Program-made: the position numbers and the translations under genes
The notes under the pieces: model-generated
Database searches by the model: none
What the model saw: the letters and a program-made list of their open reading frames with translations, nothing else
What the model was told of the DNA's origin: nothing
DNA from: Zygnema circumcarinatum SAG 698-1b
Taxonomy: Eukaryota > Plantae > Zygnematophyceae
Direction of reading: 5' to 3'
Assembly: GCA_037447605.1 (NCBI GenBank)
Contig: CM074808.1
Coordinates: 930,001-994,000, forward strand
DNA: 64,000 nt
Shown: positions 1 to 13,799 of the stretch, in pieces
Numbering within the stretch: the stretch's first letter is position 1
How the letters are laid out: every line of letters starts with the position of its first letter

Positions 1-579
1 CGCTAAAGACGGATTAGCCAGAGGCCGAATGGATCTCGACGCGGAGGAAACGACGGACTGCGGTGGTGAGCCAACGAGGATCCGACGGCGCAGGATGAGG
101 ATCAGGATAGGGCCCTTGCGGGCCGCTAGTCGATGTTGTGAGCTTCGTAGCATGGTAGTGTCACGGTGTTGTGACATAGTATATAGTGTGTTGTTTTGTT
201 TGGTTGTTAATCTTTAACTTCTGCATTATCAACGTAGCTATTGTAGACTCTCGGTAGTCGATGCTCGTGTTGTCGGGAATATCACACTGCTTGTGCTGCA
301 GGCAGTGGGCTTTTGAGTTTATTGGGCCATTTGGAGAGGGCCCTCATTTTGTGTTGATAAGATTATTATTAAGGAGTTTTAGAGCCGAGCTTTCTCCTAT
401 CCTTTTCTCTCTCGCTATTCCGCATATTCTCGGTGAGGTTCTACTCGCGGAGTAAAATGGGCTATGAGCGAATGTGAGAGTTTGGGAAATGTCATCATCA
501 TCGATTGAACGCTAACTCATGGAAGGTGATGCGAAAGTGGAGAAGTTTGCAAAGAAGTGGAGGAGTCCCTCCACCAACA
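1..579 (+). repeat. 5' LTR of the copia element (truncated by the window edge)
   Basis: Homologous to ~6390-6951; ends ...CAACA just before the PBS. Confidence 0.9.
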
Positions 580-3500
580 ACATGTGGTATCGAGCTCATG
601 GAGACTCGATACCACGCCACAAGTTCAAAGATACCGGCGCTTGATGGGCAAGGTGATTACAAAGCTGCGGAGATGAGGTTGGTGCCTTTGCTTGTGGGCG
701 TGCGCTGCTTTGGCACGCTGGATGGCGATCAAGGCTACCGGAGTTAATGTGTTGGAGCCTCACCGAGCAAAGCAGCCGAGCACCCACGCTGGGCCGCACG
801 ATGGAAGGCCAAGGACAACAAAGCCCTGACGCAGATTGTTATGAGCGTAAGAGGAAGTCCATCCTCTATGCTGTATGATCTGAAAACCTCTCATGCTATG
901 TGGAAGTGTCTAGAGGAGATGTATGATGTGAAAGACAATGTGACTATAGTCAGTCTTTACACTCAGCTAGGCAAGAAGAAGATGACTTCAGAGGAGAAAC
1001 TAGAAGCTTATATGGTCAGATTTGATGCATTGATGGAGAGGTCTATAGTCTAGGGAACCAAGTAGATGCGTAATTCATAAGATAAGCTTCATAGTTTCTA
1101 GGGGTTTGCCCGAGATTCAAGCTTCGCGGGCGCCTTGGAGGACAGCCTGGACTAATACTTTTCTATGACGCTGGGAAATGCTTAAGCCGCAGGGATAAAA
1201 GCGGAGGAGGATTCGATTCAGGATGTCGGCGGCCAAGAAGAGAAGGTGCTCGCGTTGCACACTCGACCGAATCGAAGAGGAGGAGGCGCCCCGAAGTCAG
1301 CCCGAGGAGAACGCTCGAATGTGACATGCTTCACATGGCAAGACCGCCACTACTCCCGCCGATCAGTTTTTCCAAGAACAAAAGCAACCCGTAGAAGGGA
1401 GGAAACGCCACTTCATCCCGCAAGAAGGAGAAGAAGGCGTACCAAATGCACTTCGCTTCAAGTGCAAGAAGAGAGGTCATTAAGAGTTCGACCTAAGGTA
1501 GCAGCGAGCAACCTCATGCCGCGCAGAGAATACCGAGTACCTATTTTTGTGGGAAGGATTCAGGTAGAGGACCTGAAGCGGCCGTGGCTGATTGACTCCG
1601 GCGCTTCCACGCATATGTGCGGAGACACATCGATGTTCTCCAAGCTCGACAACTTGGAGAAGGCTCGCTCAGTTCATTCAGCAACCGGTGAAGGAGTCAC
1701 CGTGACGAGAGGTGGAGCAGTGAGGATGGTCCTCGGAGACGGCTCAGTCATCAATGAAGACGATGTTCAGAGGAAACGTGACAGATGTTCACACCCCCGC
1801 CTCATGCAGAATTTCATGTCTCAGAGCCGCGTGCAAGAAGGGATACGTTGCTCGCTTGAGGAGAAGTCATGCGTGGCTATCCACTCAGAAACTGGGAGAC
1901 AGCTGTTCAGGGGTTATGAGAGAGGAGGGCTGTATTATCTTGATTATAAGAGGGAGAATCATGAGGAGGTAATGCAGCCAGAGAATGCCGATGTATGGCA
2001 TCGTGACTTGGTCACTTACACTACGTAGGCATGAAGTCAGAGCCGAGAGGGGGCTAGTCCGTGGGCTGCACTCCGGGTGATGCTTGGCCGCCCATCCTTT
2101 CGGGCCCTGGAGACGAAGTCCTATCGAAAGGAGAGAAGTTGGAACTGGTACATTCTGACTTGTGTGGCCCAGTTACACCGGCACTGGCGGAGCGAGTACT
2201 TCGTCACCTTCCTTTTGACACTATTCGAGGAAGACGGATTACACCCCCGAAGAACAAGGCAAGAGGCTGGAGCCTTTCGAGACCGGGCCGGAATCCGCCA
2301 GCGGAGACAGTAGACGGGACTGGCTGAAGGCTTCCGCTCGACAATGGTGGCGTAGTTCAAATCGGTTGAATTCGCAGCGCTTCAAGAACCGCGGTGTATA
2401 AGGCATGAATTCTCAGCCCCCTATTCCCCACAGAGTAATGGAGCAGCTGAACGTGTGAATAGGACATTGGGGGACATGGCCAGGACCATGTTGATTGATT
2501 CCCCCTTTCCTGCTTCCTTTTGGGAGGCGCCACCACGTTACATTAGGAACAGATGTCCGCCTTCTGCTCGAAGACCAGTCCCCTCGAAAGTGTATGTGGA
2601 GGGAGGAAGCCCACGCTTTCCCACCGGTGACCTTTGGCGAGATGCCGGGTCGCACTCCCAAGCAATGTAGAAGAAATTCGACCCCCTCGAAGCCGTGGAG
2701 GCTAATGTGCTCGGCTACAACACCTGAGTCGACCTGGCTGTGGTTTGGAACCCTCGACCGAAGGAAGTTCTCCGTGACAAGAGACATTACGCTTGATGAA
2801 GATAGTGTGGTTGAGCGTGTTGCAGACTCTCAGATCTTACCTCCGTCGAAGACCGACCTCGAGATCGTGTACGAGGAGGGAGAAACAGTTGGAGAGAAGG
2901 GTGGTGCTGTGCAGGGTGCCAGCACGTCGGCAAATGAAGGAGCCGAGCCAGCGGCAGCGACAAGTGAGCCGGCTGATGATGAGGAGACGCCCGTGGAGGC
3001 GCATGCGGAGGAGCCGCACAGTTCAGCGGAGACGATTCCCCTTCACACTCACTCCAGTGGTGAAGAGGAGAACTCAGTGGAGACGGTCCCGCTTCACGCG
3101 CAAGATTCAGAGGATCTTGAAGCGGCCGAGAGGGAGGCAATGTTAGCGAACATGCCCCCAGGTTTTGTTCCCGGACTCTACTTCNNNNNNNNNNTATCTG
3201 CTGCAAATGGGTCTTCAAAGTCAAGAGGAAGGCAGACGGAAGCGTGGATAGGTACAAGGCGCGGTTAGTGGCGAAAGGGTACGGCCAGCAGTATGGGATT
3301 GACTACATGGAGACGTTCGCTCCAGTGCCGGAGGGGAAGGTCGTCCCCGAGAAGGAGCACCTAGTCTGTCGACTGGTGAAGAGCCTGTACGGCTTGAAGC
3401 AGGCGCCGAGAGTGTGGTACGAAAAGATTGACGATCTTTTGAGGAGGAATGACTTTGCTCGGTTTGAGACAGATCATTCAGTGTACCGTCAAGGAGAGGG

Positions 3501-5954
3501 GGCAGACATCATGTTCGTTGGGATCTATGTCGACGATCTCATCATGGTGAGCCTCTCCCTTGAAAGAATCAGATCTTTGAAGGAATTGCTTCAGGCAAAT
3601 TTCAAAATGTCAGATCTGGGAGAGGCGCAGTATCTGCTGGGAATGCAGCTGAAGAGGGGGCAGGATGGAAGCTTGTTTCTATGTCAAAGGAAGTATGCTT
3701 CAGATGTGCTTGCCCGTTTTCGAATGGAGGATGCTAGGCCGTGTTCCAGCCCCATGGAGATCGGCACTAGGCTTTCGAAGGAGATGTCACCTTCGTCGGA
3801 TGCGGAGGCACAAAAGATGTTCGGAGTGCCATACAGATCCGCGATTGGGAGTCTAATGTACTTGATGATCGGAACGCGTCCGGACTTGGCGAAAGCGGTG
3901 AGCTCGGCCAGCCGATTCATGGAGAATCCGGGCCTCGAGCATTGGGAGGCAGTGAAGAGGATTTTCAGATATGTGAAGGGGACGCTCGATTATGGAATCA
4001 GGTATGAGAGGGGGCCAACCAGAGTGATTAGCTATACAGACTCAGATTGGGGAGGGGATGTCGATACGTCACGCTCGACTTCGGGTTTCGTTTACCTGAA
4101 TGGAGGAGGAGCGATTTCGTGGAGTTCCAAGTTGCAGGACTCGGTGGCGTTATCGAGCACGGAGGGCGAGTACATGGGTGCTTGTCATGCTTCGAAGGAA
4201 GGAGTGTGGTTCATGCAGTTCTTTGAAGAATGCAAGAGGGACCAACGACCGATTACCTTGTTTACCGACAATCAATCGTCGATTGCCCTGGTGGGAAACC
4301 NNNNNNNNNNGGAGGAGCGGCCGAGACACGAGGCGACCAGATCGATTTTCGCCTGGTACCAATCTGATCCAAGAAAGAGTGCCATTAGATTCAGCTGACC
4401 TTGTGGGAGTTGCCTATTGTTTCATGATTACCGAGCCACAGACCTTTGAGGAGGCGCACGACGGAGTCGATGGCGATAAGTGGCGGGTGGCGATTGATAG
4501 CGAATGGGACAGCTTGATCGAGAACGGCACGTGGAGATTGGAGGAGCTGCCTCGAGGGAGGCGAGCAATCGGCTGCAAGTGGGTCTTCAAAGTGAAGAGG
4601 AAGGCAGACGGAAGCGTGGATAGGTACAAGGCGCGTTTAGTGGCGAAAGGATACGGCCAGCAGTATGGGATTGACTACATGGAAACGTTTGCTCCAGTGG
4701 TAAAGTTCAACTCCCTGAGAGCCTTGATTTCCATTGCAGCGGCTGAAGGAATGCATGTCCATCAATTGGACATCAAGACGGCATTTCTGTATGGAGATCT
4801 AACGGAAGAGATCTACATGGAGCAGCCGGAGGGGAAGGTGGTTCCCGGGAAGGAACACCTAGTCTGTCGACTCGTGAAGAGCCTGTACCGCTTGAAGCAG
4901 GCGCCGAGAGTGTGGTACGAAAAGATTGACGATCTTTTGAGGAGGAATGACTTTGCTCGGTTTGAGACAGATCATTCAGTGTACCGTCAAGGAGAGGGGG
5001 CAGACATCATGTTCGTTGGGATCTATGTCGACGATCTCATCATGGTGAGCCTATCCCTTGAAAGAATCAGATCTTTGAAGGAATTGCTACAGGCAAATTT
5101 CAAAATGTCAGATCTGGGAGAGGCGCAGTATCTGCTGGGAATGCAGCTGAAGAGGGGGCAGGATGGAAGCTTGTTTCTATGTCAAAGGAAGTATGCTTCA
5201 GATGTGCTTGCCCGATTTCGAATGGAGGGCGCTAAGCGTGTTCGGCCATGGAGATGCGGCACTAGGCTTTGAAGGAGATGTCACCTTAGGTAGGATGCGG
5301 GAGGCACGAAGATGTTGGTGCCATACAGATCAGCGATTGAGTCTAATATGCTGATGATCGAACGGCGTCGGACTTGGCGAAAGCGATGAGCTCGGCCAAC
5401 TGATTCATGGAGATCGAGTGCGGAGCATTGAGGCGTGAGGATTTTCCAGATATGAAGGGGCGCCGTTATGGAATCAGGTAGGAGGGGCCAACGGGATGAT
5501 TGGCTATCGGGCTTCGGATTGGGAGGAGATGTCGATGCGTCCTTTCGACCTGGGTTTTGTTTACGAATGGAGGAGGCGATTTCGTGGAGTTTTGGTGGGA
5601 CTGGTATGAGCAGGTACATGGGTGTCTTGTCGTAGCCGAGAAGGAAGAGTGTGGTTCATCTCTTGATTCTTGAAGAGTAAAGAGGACCAGGCGGTACCTT
5701 GTTTACCGACAATCAATGCGTCGATTTACCCTGGTGGGAAACCACATGTTCCTAAAGAGGACCAAGCACATTGGTCGCGATTACCATTACGATACGAGAG
5801 TTGGTTGAGGAGGGGCTTGATGATTGGGGTGAAGTTCGTAGCCAGAAGGGAGCAGCGTGTACTAACAAAGGGATTAGTGGGGAAACACTATTAGTCAACG
5901 GGAGGTTGATTGGGCTGGGGCCCGTGCAAAACTAGAAGTTCCAAAGAGGGGGAT

Positions 5955-6951
5955 TGTTAGTGTATAATAGTTAGCATGTTTTTGTTGGAACATTAGTTTT
6001 GTGTGTTTGTGTTCAATATTTCCTTGGCGGTGATTGTCTTAGCTAAGTTAGTAAGAAGATTACCCGGACATTTGTGAGTGGAAAAGCGTAGCCCGGCGAG
6101 GTCAGAGAAGTGACGAAGGCGCAGGTCGGAGAAAAGAAATGGCGATAAGACGTGACCAGTGCGGGCAGATGAAAGAATTGGCGGCCAGCGAATCTCTTGT
6201 ATGAATGTCCAGATGGCCTTGTGGCGGCGTCAGCAACACTAGATTGAGCGATTTGGACTTGGCGATGCGGTACGTCAAAATGTCGGCCTTGCTTGATTCG
6301 TAGTATGCGAAGGCGTCAGTCAGCCGATTGGCGTGCGGCGGCAGCTGAGTTTAATGGCGTCATCAATCTTGGGCGGGGTGGATCCTACGAGCAAGGCGTG
6401 GATTAACAAAGCGGTCCGGACGTGAGGAGGAAGCGTCACGGGATCCGTGTGAGCCCGGCGAGGATCGGCGGCGGAGGATGAGGGTCCGGGATAGGGCCGC
6501 GGGCGTAGCGATGTTGTGACCCCCGTATGGTAGTGTCACGGATGTTGTGACATAGTATATAGTGTGTTGTTTGTTTGGTTGTAAATCTTCCAACTTCTGA
6601 TTATCCGTAGCTATTATGGACTCACGAGGAAGCTGATGCTCGTGTTGCTTAACATTACACTTGCTTGTGTCGCAAGGTAGTGGGCTTTTGAGTTTATTGG
6701 GCTATTTGAGAGGGGGTCTCTCACTTGTGTTGATAAGTTTATTATTAAGGAGTTTTAGAGCGAGCTTTCTCCTATACTTCTCTCTGTAATTCGGCTGTGC
6801 ATATTGGTAAGGAGTTCACTCTGTGAAGGTAAAATGGAGCTATAGTGAATGTGAGAGTTTGGGAAATGTCATCATCAATTGGAACGCGAACTCCGATGGA
6901 AGGTGATGCGAGTGGAGAAGCGGCAGCAGTGGAGGAGTCCCTGCATCAACA
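5955..6951 (+). repeat. 3' LTR of the copia element (~1 kb)
   Basis: TGTTAG...CAACA termini; follows the PPT. Confidence 0.9.
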
Positions 6952-8800
6952 AGACACAAGGACACGACCCTGAGCAATGATGGAAGCAAGCTGAAAAAAC
7001 AAATCAAAGCCACCCTCGCCCATATCGGGAGAGAACACATCACGAAATAACTCATAAACCATGCCGATGGCCCCGGCTGAGAACAAATGGGGGACGGGTG
7101 ACCGCCAGCCTTAAGGCAACGATCCAAGCACAAGCGTCGGCGGCTCAAAAGTATCAATAAGCTTGTGGGAGGCCGCCGGCCGGGTGGGTGAAAGAGTCTT
7201 TGCCAAGCAATCAAGGTATCAAAATTAGCGAGGGGGCAGGTGTAAAGGCGTAGAGCCCGGCGGCCACGAGAGAGCACCCCACATGCGACCTAGGCACAGC
7301 CCGGCCCAGTTACCCGGCGGCGTCCCGAGAGAAAGGGAAGGCAAATGGCTGAAAGTGAATTAGAAGGCGTGGAGTAGAGCGCGAATACGATCCGCATGCT
7401 CCGCTTGCAAAAGCTCCCAATCCCTGGCTGACGAGCACCGCGTGGTCTCACAGGCCGTGGCCCCTGCGAGGGGGCAAAACCAAAACCCAAAGGGGGAAGA
7501 GAAGGAGGAGATGCCAAGCAGCAATATCAGACGGATCACACACAAGGCGAGCAAGGGGCAAGCGCAAAGCATCACGGACGCAAACACGCAAAGCTCGTGG
7601 GATGCGAGCATAAAGACGGGGACGCCGAGACCCAAGAAAGAAAGATCCAAGGACATCAAGAGACTGAGCATACGCCCAAGCAGACGGACTAGGTCCCGCA
7701 TGTAGGGAAGGCCTACGAGAGGCAGGGACAGGGATAGCAGAAGAGGGAGGAGAAGGCGGAGCTGTAGAAGGGCCAGGACGAGCCGGACAAGCACGCTCAT
7801 GCAATGCCATCCCAGCACCCTGAGCAAAACAAGTCCCACAATAAACACAAGGAATCCTGGGGAGAGGCCGTCGAGGGCGAGCAACAATACGGGCAGGGCC
7901 GGGAGCAATAGTAGGAGGAGCAGCGACAACAGACGAAAAGGCAAGAGGTGGGGCGGAAGGAGCGGCAGGAGGGGAGAGAGCAAGGGGGGGGGAAGGATAA
8001 GAGGAGCAACAAAGGTCGAAGGAGCAAGGGGGGGCGAAAGAGAAGGGGAAAGAGAGGGGGAAGGAGAGAGGGTTGAAGGGGGTCTCATCGCCGGTGAAGA
8101 GGCCACGAAGCCGTGAAGACTAGCGCCCACGTGGGCCACGACGCATAACCCGATGGAGCCCAAAAGAGGCGGGAGCGGGCAGAAGCTGGCGCACCTACAA
8201 ACAAACGAAAATAGCAAAGAGCAAAAGAAAGAGAAAACTCAAAACGAAAAACAAGCGCCAAGATAAAAATAAGACAGACAAAGCAAAGGCGGCAAGCAGA
8301 AGCGTGGGACACGCCCGCATCAAGAACAAAGAGGGATAAATGAGGGGGCTGCCCGCATTAGCGGGGCGAGCCGCGACGGTGGCTGGAAGCGCTTGAGAGG
8401 GTGGAAAGGGTAGAAAACGGAAGCACAAGGACTAAAAAGACAAAAAGAGGGGTCAAAAAGGAGCAGCGCAACCCAGCAATGCAAGCTACGGCAAAAAATG
8501 TCAGAAAACAAAGTGAAAAACGTTAAAAAGGGAAAACCGCATCAAATTAGAAGCAAAACAACAAAATAACAAAAAACAAAAAGACACACAAACAGCAACG
8601 ACAAAGCAATGCGGCGGGACGACAGGAAACAAAGCGACAGCGGTACGCCCGTGGCCAGCGGCGGCGGCGGCGGCGGCGCCTTAGCGGTGAGGAAGGCCCG
8701 CGAAGAGGGGAGAGGCAGCCTCTTGCGGCGTCTTGGGGAAGAGTCTTGAGCCGTAGCGACTCTACGGTCTAATCCGTTATAGTAGTGACTGTGGCCGGTC
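6952..8800 (-). mobile_element. 5' part of a CRE-like (RLE-clade) non-LTR retrotransposon, frameshifted, cut by the copia insertion
   Basis: Minus-strand peptides WIPCVYCGTCFAQGAGMALHERAC (zinc finger), RIPRALRVCVRDALRLPLARLVCDPSDIAAWHLLLLFP, GVLSRGRRAL...LFHP and SQPGPSAW resemble the pre-RT region of CRE-type ORFs. Confidence 0.7.
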
Positions 8801-8935
8801 CCCACATGTTTGTGTCACTATATCGATAATGACCTGTTTGTCATTTCACAATTATAGTAACAATGTTATTAGATATGTTTTTTTTCTTGTTATGTCAAGT
8901 CGCCTTTGTCTGGTACATTGTACTTTTTGAGTCGT

Positions 8936-9890
8936 TGTTGAGCCGAGGGGGTCATCCTGCTGCTTTGACTCCACCTCGTCAATAAGCCACTCCGGGGAAC
9001 TTCGTGTTCCCACGATAGAACATTACCACTCCTATCACTCCTCAAGCTTTATCTCAATTCACTCATAAGCCCATAACTCCACAGAATGAACACGAGACAA
9101 GCACAGCAATCAATGAGAGAGAAGTGTGAGGAGAAAAGCTCCGCGGCTCTAAAACTCCTTAATAAATGTCTTCCCACATGAAAGTTCACTTCAAACCTTA
9201 TGAACCTATCCTCTCTTACTCACTACCTCACAAACACGAGCAAGGCAGCCTAGCAACACGAGCTGGCACAGAATAAGAGACAGACTAGATTACCTACCAA
9301 ACACACAACACACACTATATACCTGTGGCGTGGCGTGACACATGTCCGCGTCACGGCACTTCTGCTAACCTGCATTGGCAAGAGGCACTCGGGGAAATAA
9401 GAGCCTACGGTAGTGGTCACCGTGAAACTGCGATGACACACGACCTACGTCCTATAAATGCGGTCTGCCGTTAAGTCGAATTACCATAACATTTTCGACG
9501 CCGACTCATGCGCCCGTGCCTTCCACGAACCAACGGGCCCTTTCGATGTGGCCCCACATGGTATTTCTTAGCGATTTATGCGCCCGACATTCCTTACATT
9601 AAGCAGCGTCACCCGATCACGCACTCCGCGTCCCTGCTCCAGCGGCGCGGTAATCATCTTAGCGTCCATTACCCGCGCGCCAGCGTGGCGCGCGACCAAT
9701 CGGCTCAGCAGCGTCTCAAGATTAGCACGCGATCAATGCGGCGGTCATCCAAACTCCGCCCCAGCAACATCTACGCGCGCACTTTGACAGGTGGCAGCGT
9801 CATGGCGACTCATACTAGGTAGTTTTCACGACTGAGTACCATAACCAAGTTAGTGTGTACTATGTAATGCTTAACTATAATACACTAACA
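8936..9890 (-). repeat. LTR of a related copia family, unpaired
   Basis: Reverse complement starts TGTTAGTGTATTATAGTT like the LTR at 5955 and shares the TTATTAAGGAGTTTTAGAGC block. The flanks do not form a TSD. Confidence 0.75.
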
Positions 9891-10451
9891 CTAACAAGGG
9901 GTACATCTAACGAAGGACATGGATGGGACAGAGGGCACCGTGGATGTACCTTATAGGGAAGCAGTGGGCAGCCTGATGTATCTGATGGTCGGGACTAGAC
10001 CTGACTTGGCAGCTGCAGTGGGACTTGTAAGCAAGTTCTGTCAAAAGCCTGGCAGAGCTCATTGGCTGGCGGTCAAACGAATTTTGCGATACGTGGCAAG
10101 CACTGTGGATAAAGGGATTGTGTATAAACCTACTGGTATTGTGAGGTTGACCGGGTACTGCGATTCTGATTGGGGAGGGGATTATGACACAGGGAGATCA
10201 ACCAGTGGGTACGCTTTTCTGTGTGGGGGTGGAGTGATTTCGTGGAACTCCAAGCTTCAGCCCACAGTAGCCCTTAGCAGCACAGAGGCCGAATACATGG
10301 CTGCATGCCATGCAGCCAAGGAAGCTGTGTGGCTTCGGAGTCTTTTTAAGGAGATTGGGATGGAACAGCGGGCGATTAACATCCGTTTTGATAATCAAGG
10401 TTGTCTTTCACTCATTAGGAACCTTATGTTCCATAAGCGCACTAAACACAT
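9891..10451 (+). pseudogene. Copia RT/RNase H fragment
   Basis: PYREAVGSLMYLMVGTRPDLA, YCDSDWGGD, STEAEYMA, HKRTKH; ends at an N gap. Confidence 0.9.
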
Positions 10452-10461
10452 NNNNNNNNNN

Positions 10462-11169
10462 GCCGCACGAGGTTGGGTCGCGCGCCCTTGACGAACGCGA
10501 CATGTCGCGCCGAAAAGTCGCTGACAGTTCGTACCATCCGTACTGTTCGTACAGATGCGTATGGATCCGTACATCCGAGCCGTACGGCTGTACGGAGATC
10601 TTGTACGGCCGAACCGCACAATTAACTCCAAAATACCGGCGGCATTATGGTGACGGTCTCCATGATGCGCGGGGCATCATGGTGTCTGTAGCGTTCAGTT
10701 CGCTACATTACTTCCCCTTGTGAGGTGTGAACGTCCTCGTTCACTAGGGTGCATCAAATCAAAGCAGCTCGCAGGTTCGATGGCACGCGTCGAATACTGC
10801 GTGTCGTACAAGAGGGCTCAGCGATAATCCCGGTCAAGTCCCTTTCCGAGTTGCACGTGGACTGCCCAGGAACCCCCCGTGCAGCCCTCGCCCGCACTCC
10901 GGCAGTCCGCCTTTCCTAATACAAGTCATGGAGCTCCTGGCAATTGGTAAAGTTGCCGTTTATAACAACCTGCCATCAGGCCAAGTTGTATACTTTATCC
11001 CAAGTACTATGTTCAACCTCATAGCCCAACCAAGCACGATTTATTCGTGATGGGAAATTTGACCCTTTCTCACAGTACGGTGGATTGGAATAGCTTCAAC
11101 CTCACACCCGAGGTAGCCTCTAATTTCCACTAGGGTTGAAGGTGGTTGGATTGCGTTCAGTTCGCTACA
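10462..11169 (-). mobile_element. Nested LTR fragments (probably gypsy/TRIM-like)
   Basis: Two LTR-like termini GCGTTCAGTTCGCTACA ending at 10707 and 11169. A reverse PPT and a CGTCCTCG motif lie next to the first. Confidence 0.5.
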
Positions 11170-11903
11170 CCTCCCTTGCCCTGTCCACCCCGGCCCTCCC
11201 CTCCCCTCCCCTCCCCTCCCCTCCNNNNNNNNNNCCCTCCTCGTTTTCTGGACATTCCACCCCCCTCGTTTTCTCCTTTTCACTATTGACTTCCAACAAT
11301 GTGCGACAAAAGAAAAGGGGATTTGCATTGGTCTCAAGATGGTGAGGCCATCAAATAAACATGGACAAAGTCAACATGGGAACCACAAGAAATTGGTCGC
11401 AAAAGAACCAAGCACAAAATAAAAAAACTAGGAGCAAAAAACTAAACTAAACTAAGCTTAAGCGCAAAAACGCAGCCTTAAACGCAGCTGCAAGGTCACC
11501 AATGTTGGGCAACAGTTACTCTCTGTTTTCATGTTAGGATGCCGATCTTGATGTGAACTCCTTCGTGCTTGTAGTGCTCGGTGACGACTTGTACGAGCTC
11601 ATCGCGGGTCTCATACTCAGTTGGTAGCATTTTTATGGACATTGCAAACCGAGAAGAGGAGAGACGAGGAGGGAAGGGCAAGGGAGGGCAGGGCAGGGGN
11701 NNNNNNNNNAGGGGAGCGGGCGGGAGGGGAGGGCCGGGGTGGACAGGGCAAGGGAGGGGAGGGGCGGGAGCGGAGGGGACGGGAGGGGCGGGAAAACGAT
11801 TTTTTCCCGAAATATTCAAAACTGGGGGGGAACCAAAACGGGCAGGCAAAATTTGAAAAGGGGGGTGCGAAAGACAAAACGCGGGGGTGCAGTAGAGTTA
11901 CCC
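11170..11903 (-). mobile_element. Mutator-like (MULE) non-autonomous element, family 1, partial
   Basis: Right TIR matches 20150-20278. Internal 11240-11530 is shared with 19660-19950. Minus-strand MSIKMLPTEYETRDELVQVVTEHYKHEGVHIKI resembles a MULE/FAR1 N-terminus. Confidence 0.75.
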
Positions 11904-13063
11904 CGAATTTATTGGTGACGCAAATGTTGAGGTGGAAAATATGATGGGGTCCTACTGTAGTACGGCTAGTACGAACAGTACGGACAGTACGGACAGTACG
12001 GATAGTACGGCTAACACAAAGTTTCCATACAAAAGGGTAGTGATATTTCCACCCCTTTTTTGGATCCAAACACCCCTTCCCGGCCGGGCAGATTTAAAAA
12101 AGGATAAAAAACGGAAAATGCTTTCTTCACACCTTTTTGGAATCGATACCACCCTCCATCGGCAGATTTTATTTTTGCGAAACAAGGAAAATGATAACCC
12201 GTCACCCCATTTGAATATCCCCCCTACCTGATTTTTTTTTCACGCGTGCGGTCAATCGCAGCCGTCGATTCCCTCGCAGATCGCAACACGGCAGATCACT
12301 ATTTGATCTGCAGCCGGGCTCGGTCACAGCGCATGGCACGTGCCCACGTATCCCGCCAAAGTCCTCTTAAAAGTTTGTCCGTACAAATGTCGTACGGTCG
12401 AACTTGAGGAACCCAAAATTTCGTACATTGAGATCTTAAACCAATCAAATGTTTCCACGTCAGAAATTTCACACGTGGCAGATGTTGATTGGCTGGGAGC
12501 TAACAATGACGCAGATCTTGGCCGAGGGACGCCATGCGACTCTCGCATCGCAGCGCGTATCCGCTTATGGAATCGCGGGCTCTCATTCGCTAAGATCAGC
12601 CCTCAAATGCAGATCTAACGGTGATCTGCAGTGGTGCGATCTGCTGGTAACCTAACGCATTTTGCGTGAAGGAATTTACTCAACCTGTGCTTTTAACTAT
12701 CTCGCTGGGGCGTGATTTGATCTGCCGCCTCCCAGGATTCGGCGTATATTTCTTTTCCCGCAAAATACAGGAGGCGTGGATACAGTATTCAAAATGCGGT
12801 GACGGGGTATCATTTTCCTTGGTTAGCAAAAATAAAATCAGCCGACGCGGAGTTGTTGCCAGCGGGTATCGATTCCAAAAAGGTGTGAAAAAAGCATTTT
12901 CTGTTTTTAATCCCTTTTGAACTCTGCCCGGCCGGGAAGGGGTGTTTGGATCCAAAAAAGGGGTGGAAATATCACTACCCATACAAAAATGTGGTTTCGG
13001 CAAAATCGGGGCGAATTTGTCGAGGACGCACTCAGGGCGGTAAATACGAGGACTGTTGACTGT
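11904..13063. mobile_element. Nested Tc1/mariner-type MITE pieces (host family)
   Basis: TIR ends ...GGGGTCCTACTG|TA at ~11957 and ...GAGGACTGTTGACTG|TA at ~13063. The body matches 18958-19100 and 48549-48790. Confidence 0.75.
12035..12980. mobile_element. MULE-like MITE, family 2
   Basis: ~200-bp imperfect TIRs starting GGGTAGTGATATTTCCACC. 8-bp TSD ATACAAAA at 12027-12034 and 12981-12988. Empty site at ~48690-48715. Confidence 0.9.
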
Positions 13064-13799
13064 AGTACGAGGCCGTACCGTTTGGCCGTCCGACCCCCTC
13101 GAGAACAAGTTTGTATTCCAAGAAGTTGCTCATTCATGCCATCATCCAGAGGTGCATTGCCATGGTCCCTGAACTAAATAGTCGCCTAAATTTTTTTTTC
13201 TCAACATAGGTTTAATGGAGAACCGTTAAAAGAGAGAAGAACCATTTTTAACCCTAAAAACCCTCAAAACCGTACAACCCCTTCGAGATGCTTGGTTGAT
13301 GCTGTTTATCACATTCATTGAAGGGATGGGCTTGCACTACGGCAGATCGCTTGCACTCGTCATGCATCGCATGAGTGAATTGTTGCTTCACAACATTGAA
13401 CGATGAACGGTGAATTTTTTTGTTCGTAATCTGGACGATGGCTTATCTTAAAGAGCCAAATCTGCTTATCCTGACATGCATATTGGGATGTCCATCTTTG
13501 GGCTTTCTGATATGATGAACATAAGGGTAAATAAGCGTAAATTTTATGGAAATGATTCAGAGTACAACGATGTGGAATGATCTATAAATGAATGGCAGCT
13601 AACCCTGTGACTAAGATCCGACAAATAAATATGGCATTGATCTCACGATTGCGGATTGCGATGCCACCAAACGGACATGGACTAAAACAACAACAACAAC
13701 AACATGGAGAACCACGAGGAACCGATCACAACTCACCTAGGAACGTGTGGAAAAGCTACGAGTGAAACTCTGCTTGTAAGCCCAACAACAACATCATGG

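Larger units (their letters stand above)
1..6951 (+). mobile_element. Ty1/copia LTR retrotransposon, near full length, frameshifted and gapped
   Basis: PBS TGGTATCGAGC at 585. Gag from ~598, protease WLIDSGASTHM, integrase LELVHSDLCGP / NGAAERVNRTL, RT YKARLVAKG and YVDD, RNase H YTDSDWGGD. PPT AAAGAGGGGGA at 5943-5953. Confidence 0.95.

Noticed and set aside
3195-4300. Copia element with a duplicated RT
   Set aside because: The extra copy is bounded by N gaps on both sides and has an internal deletion; probably a paralogous contig placed by scaffolding.
7360-8217. 285-aa Leu/Pro-rich membrane protein ORF
   Set aside because: Off-frame reading of the frameshifted LINE.
8774-8783. rRNA-like ACTATAACGG as a LINE target site
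   Set aside because: Only a 10-nt match with no flanking rRNA similarity.
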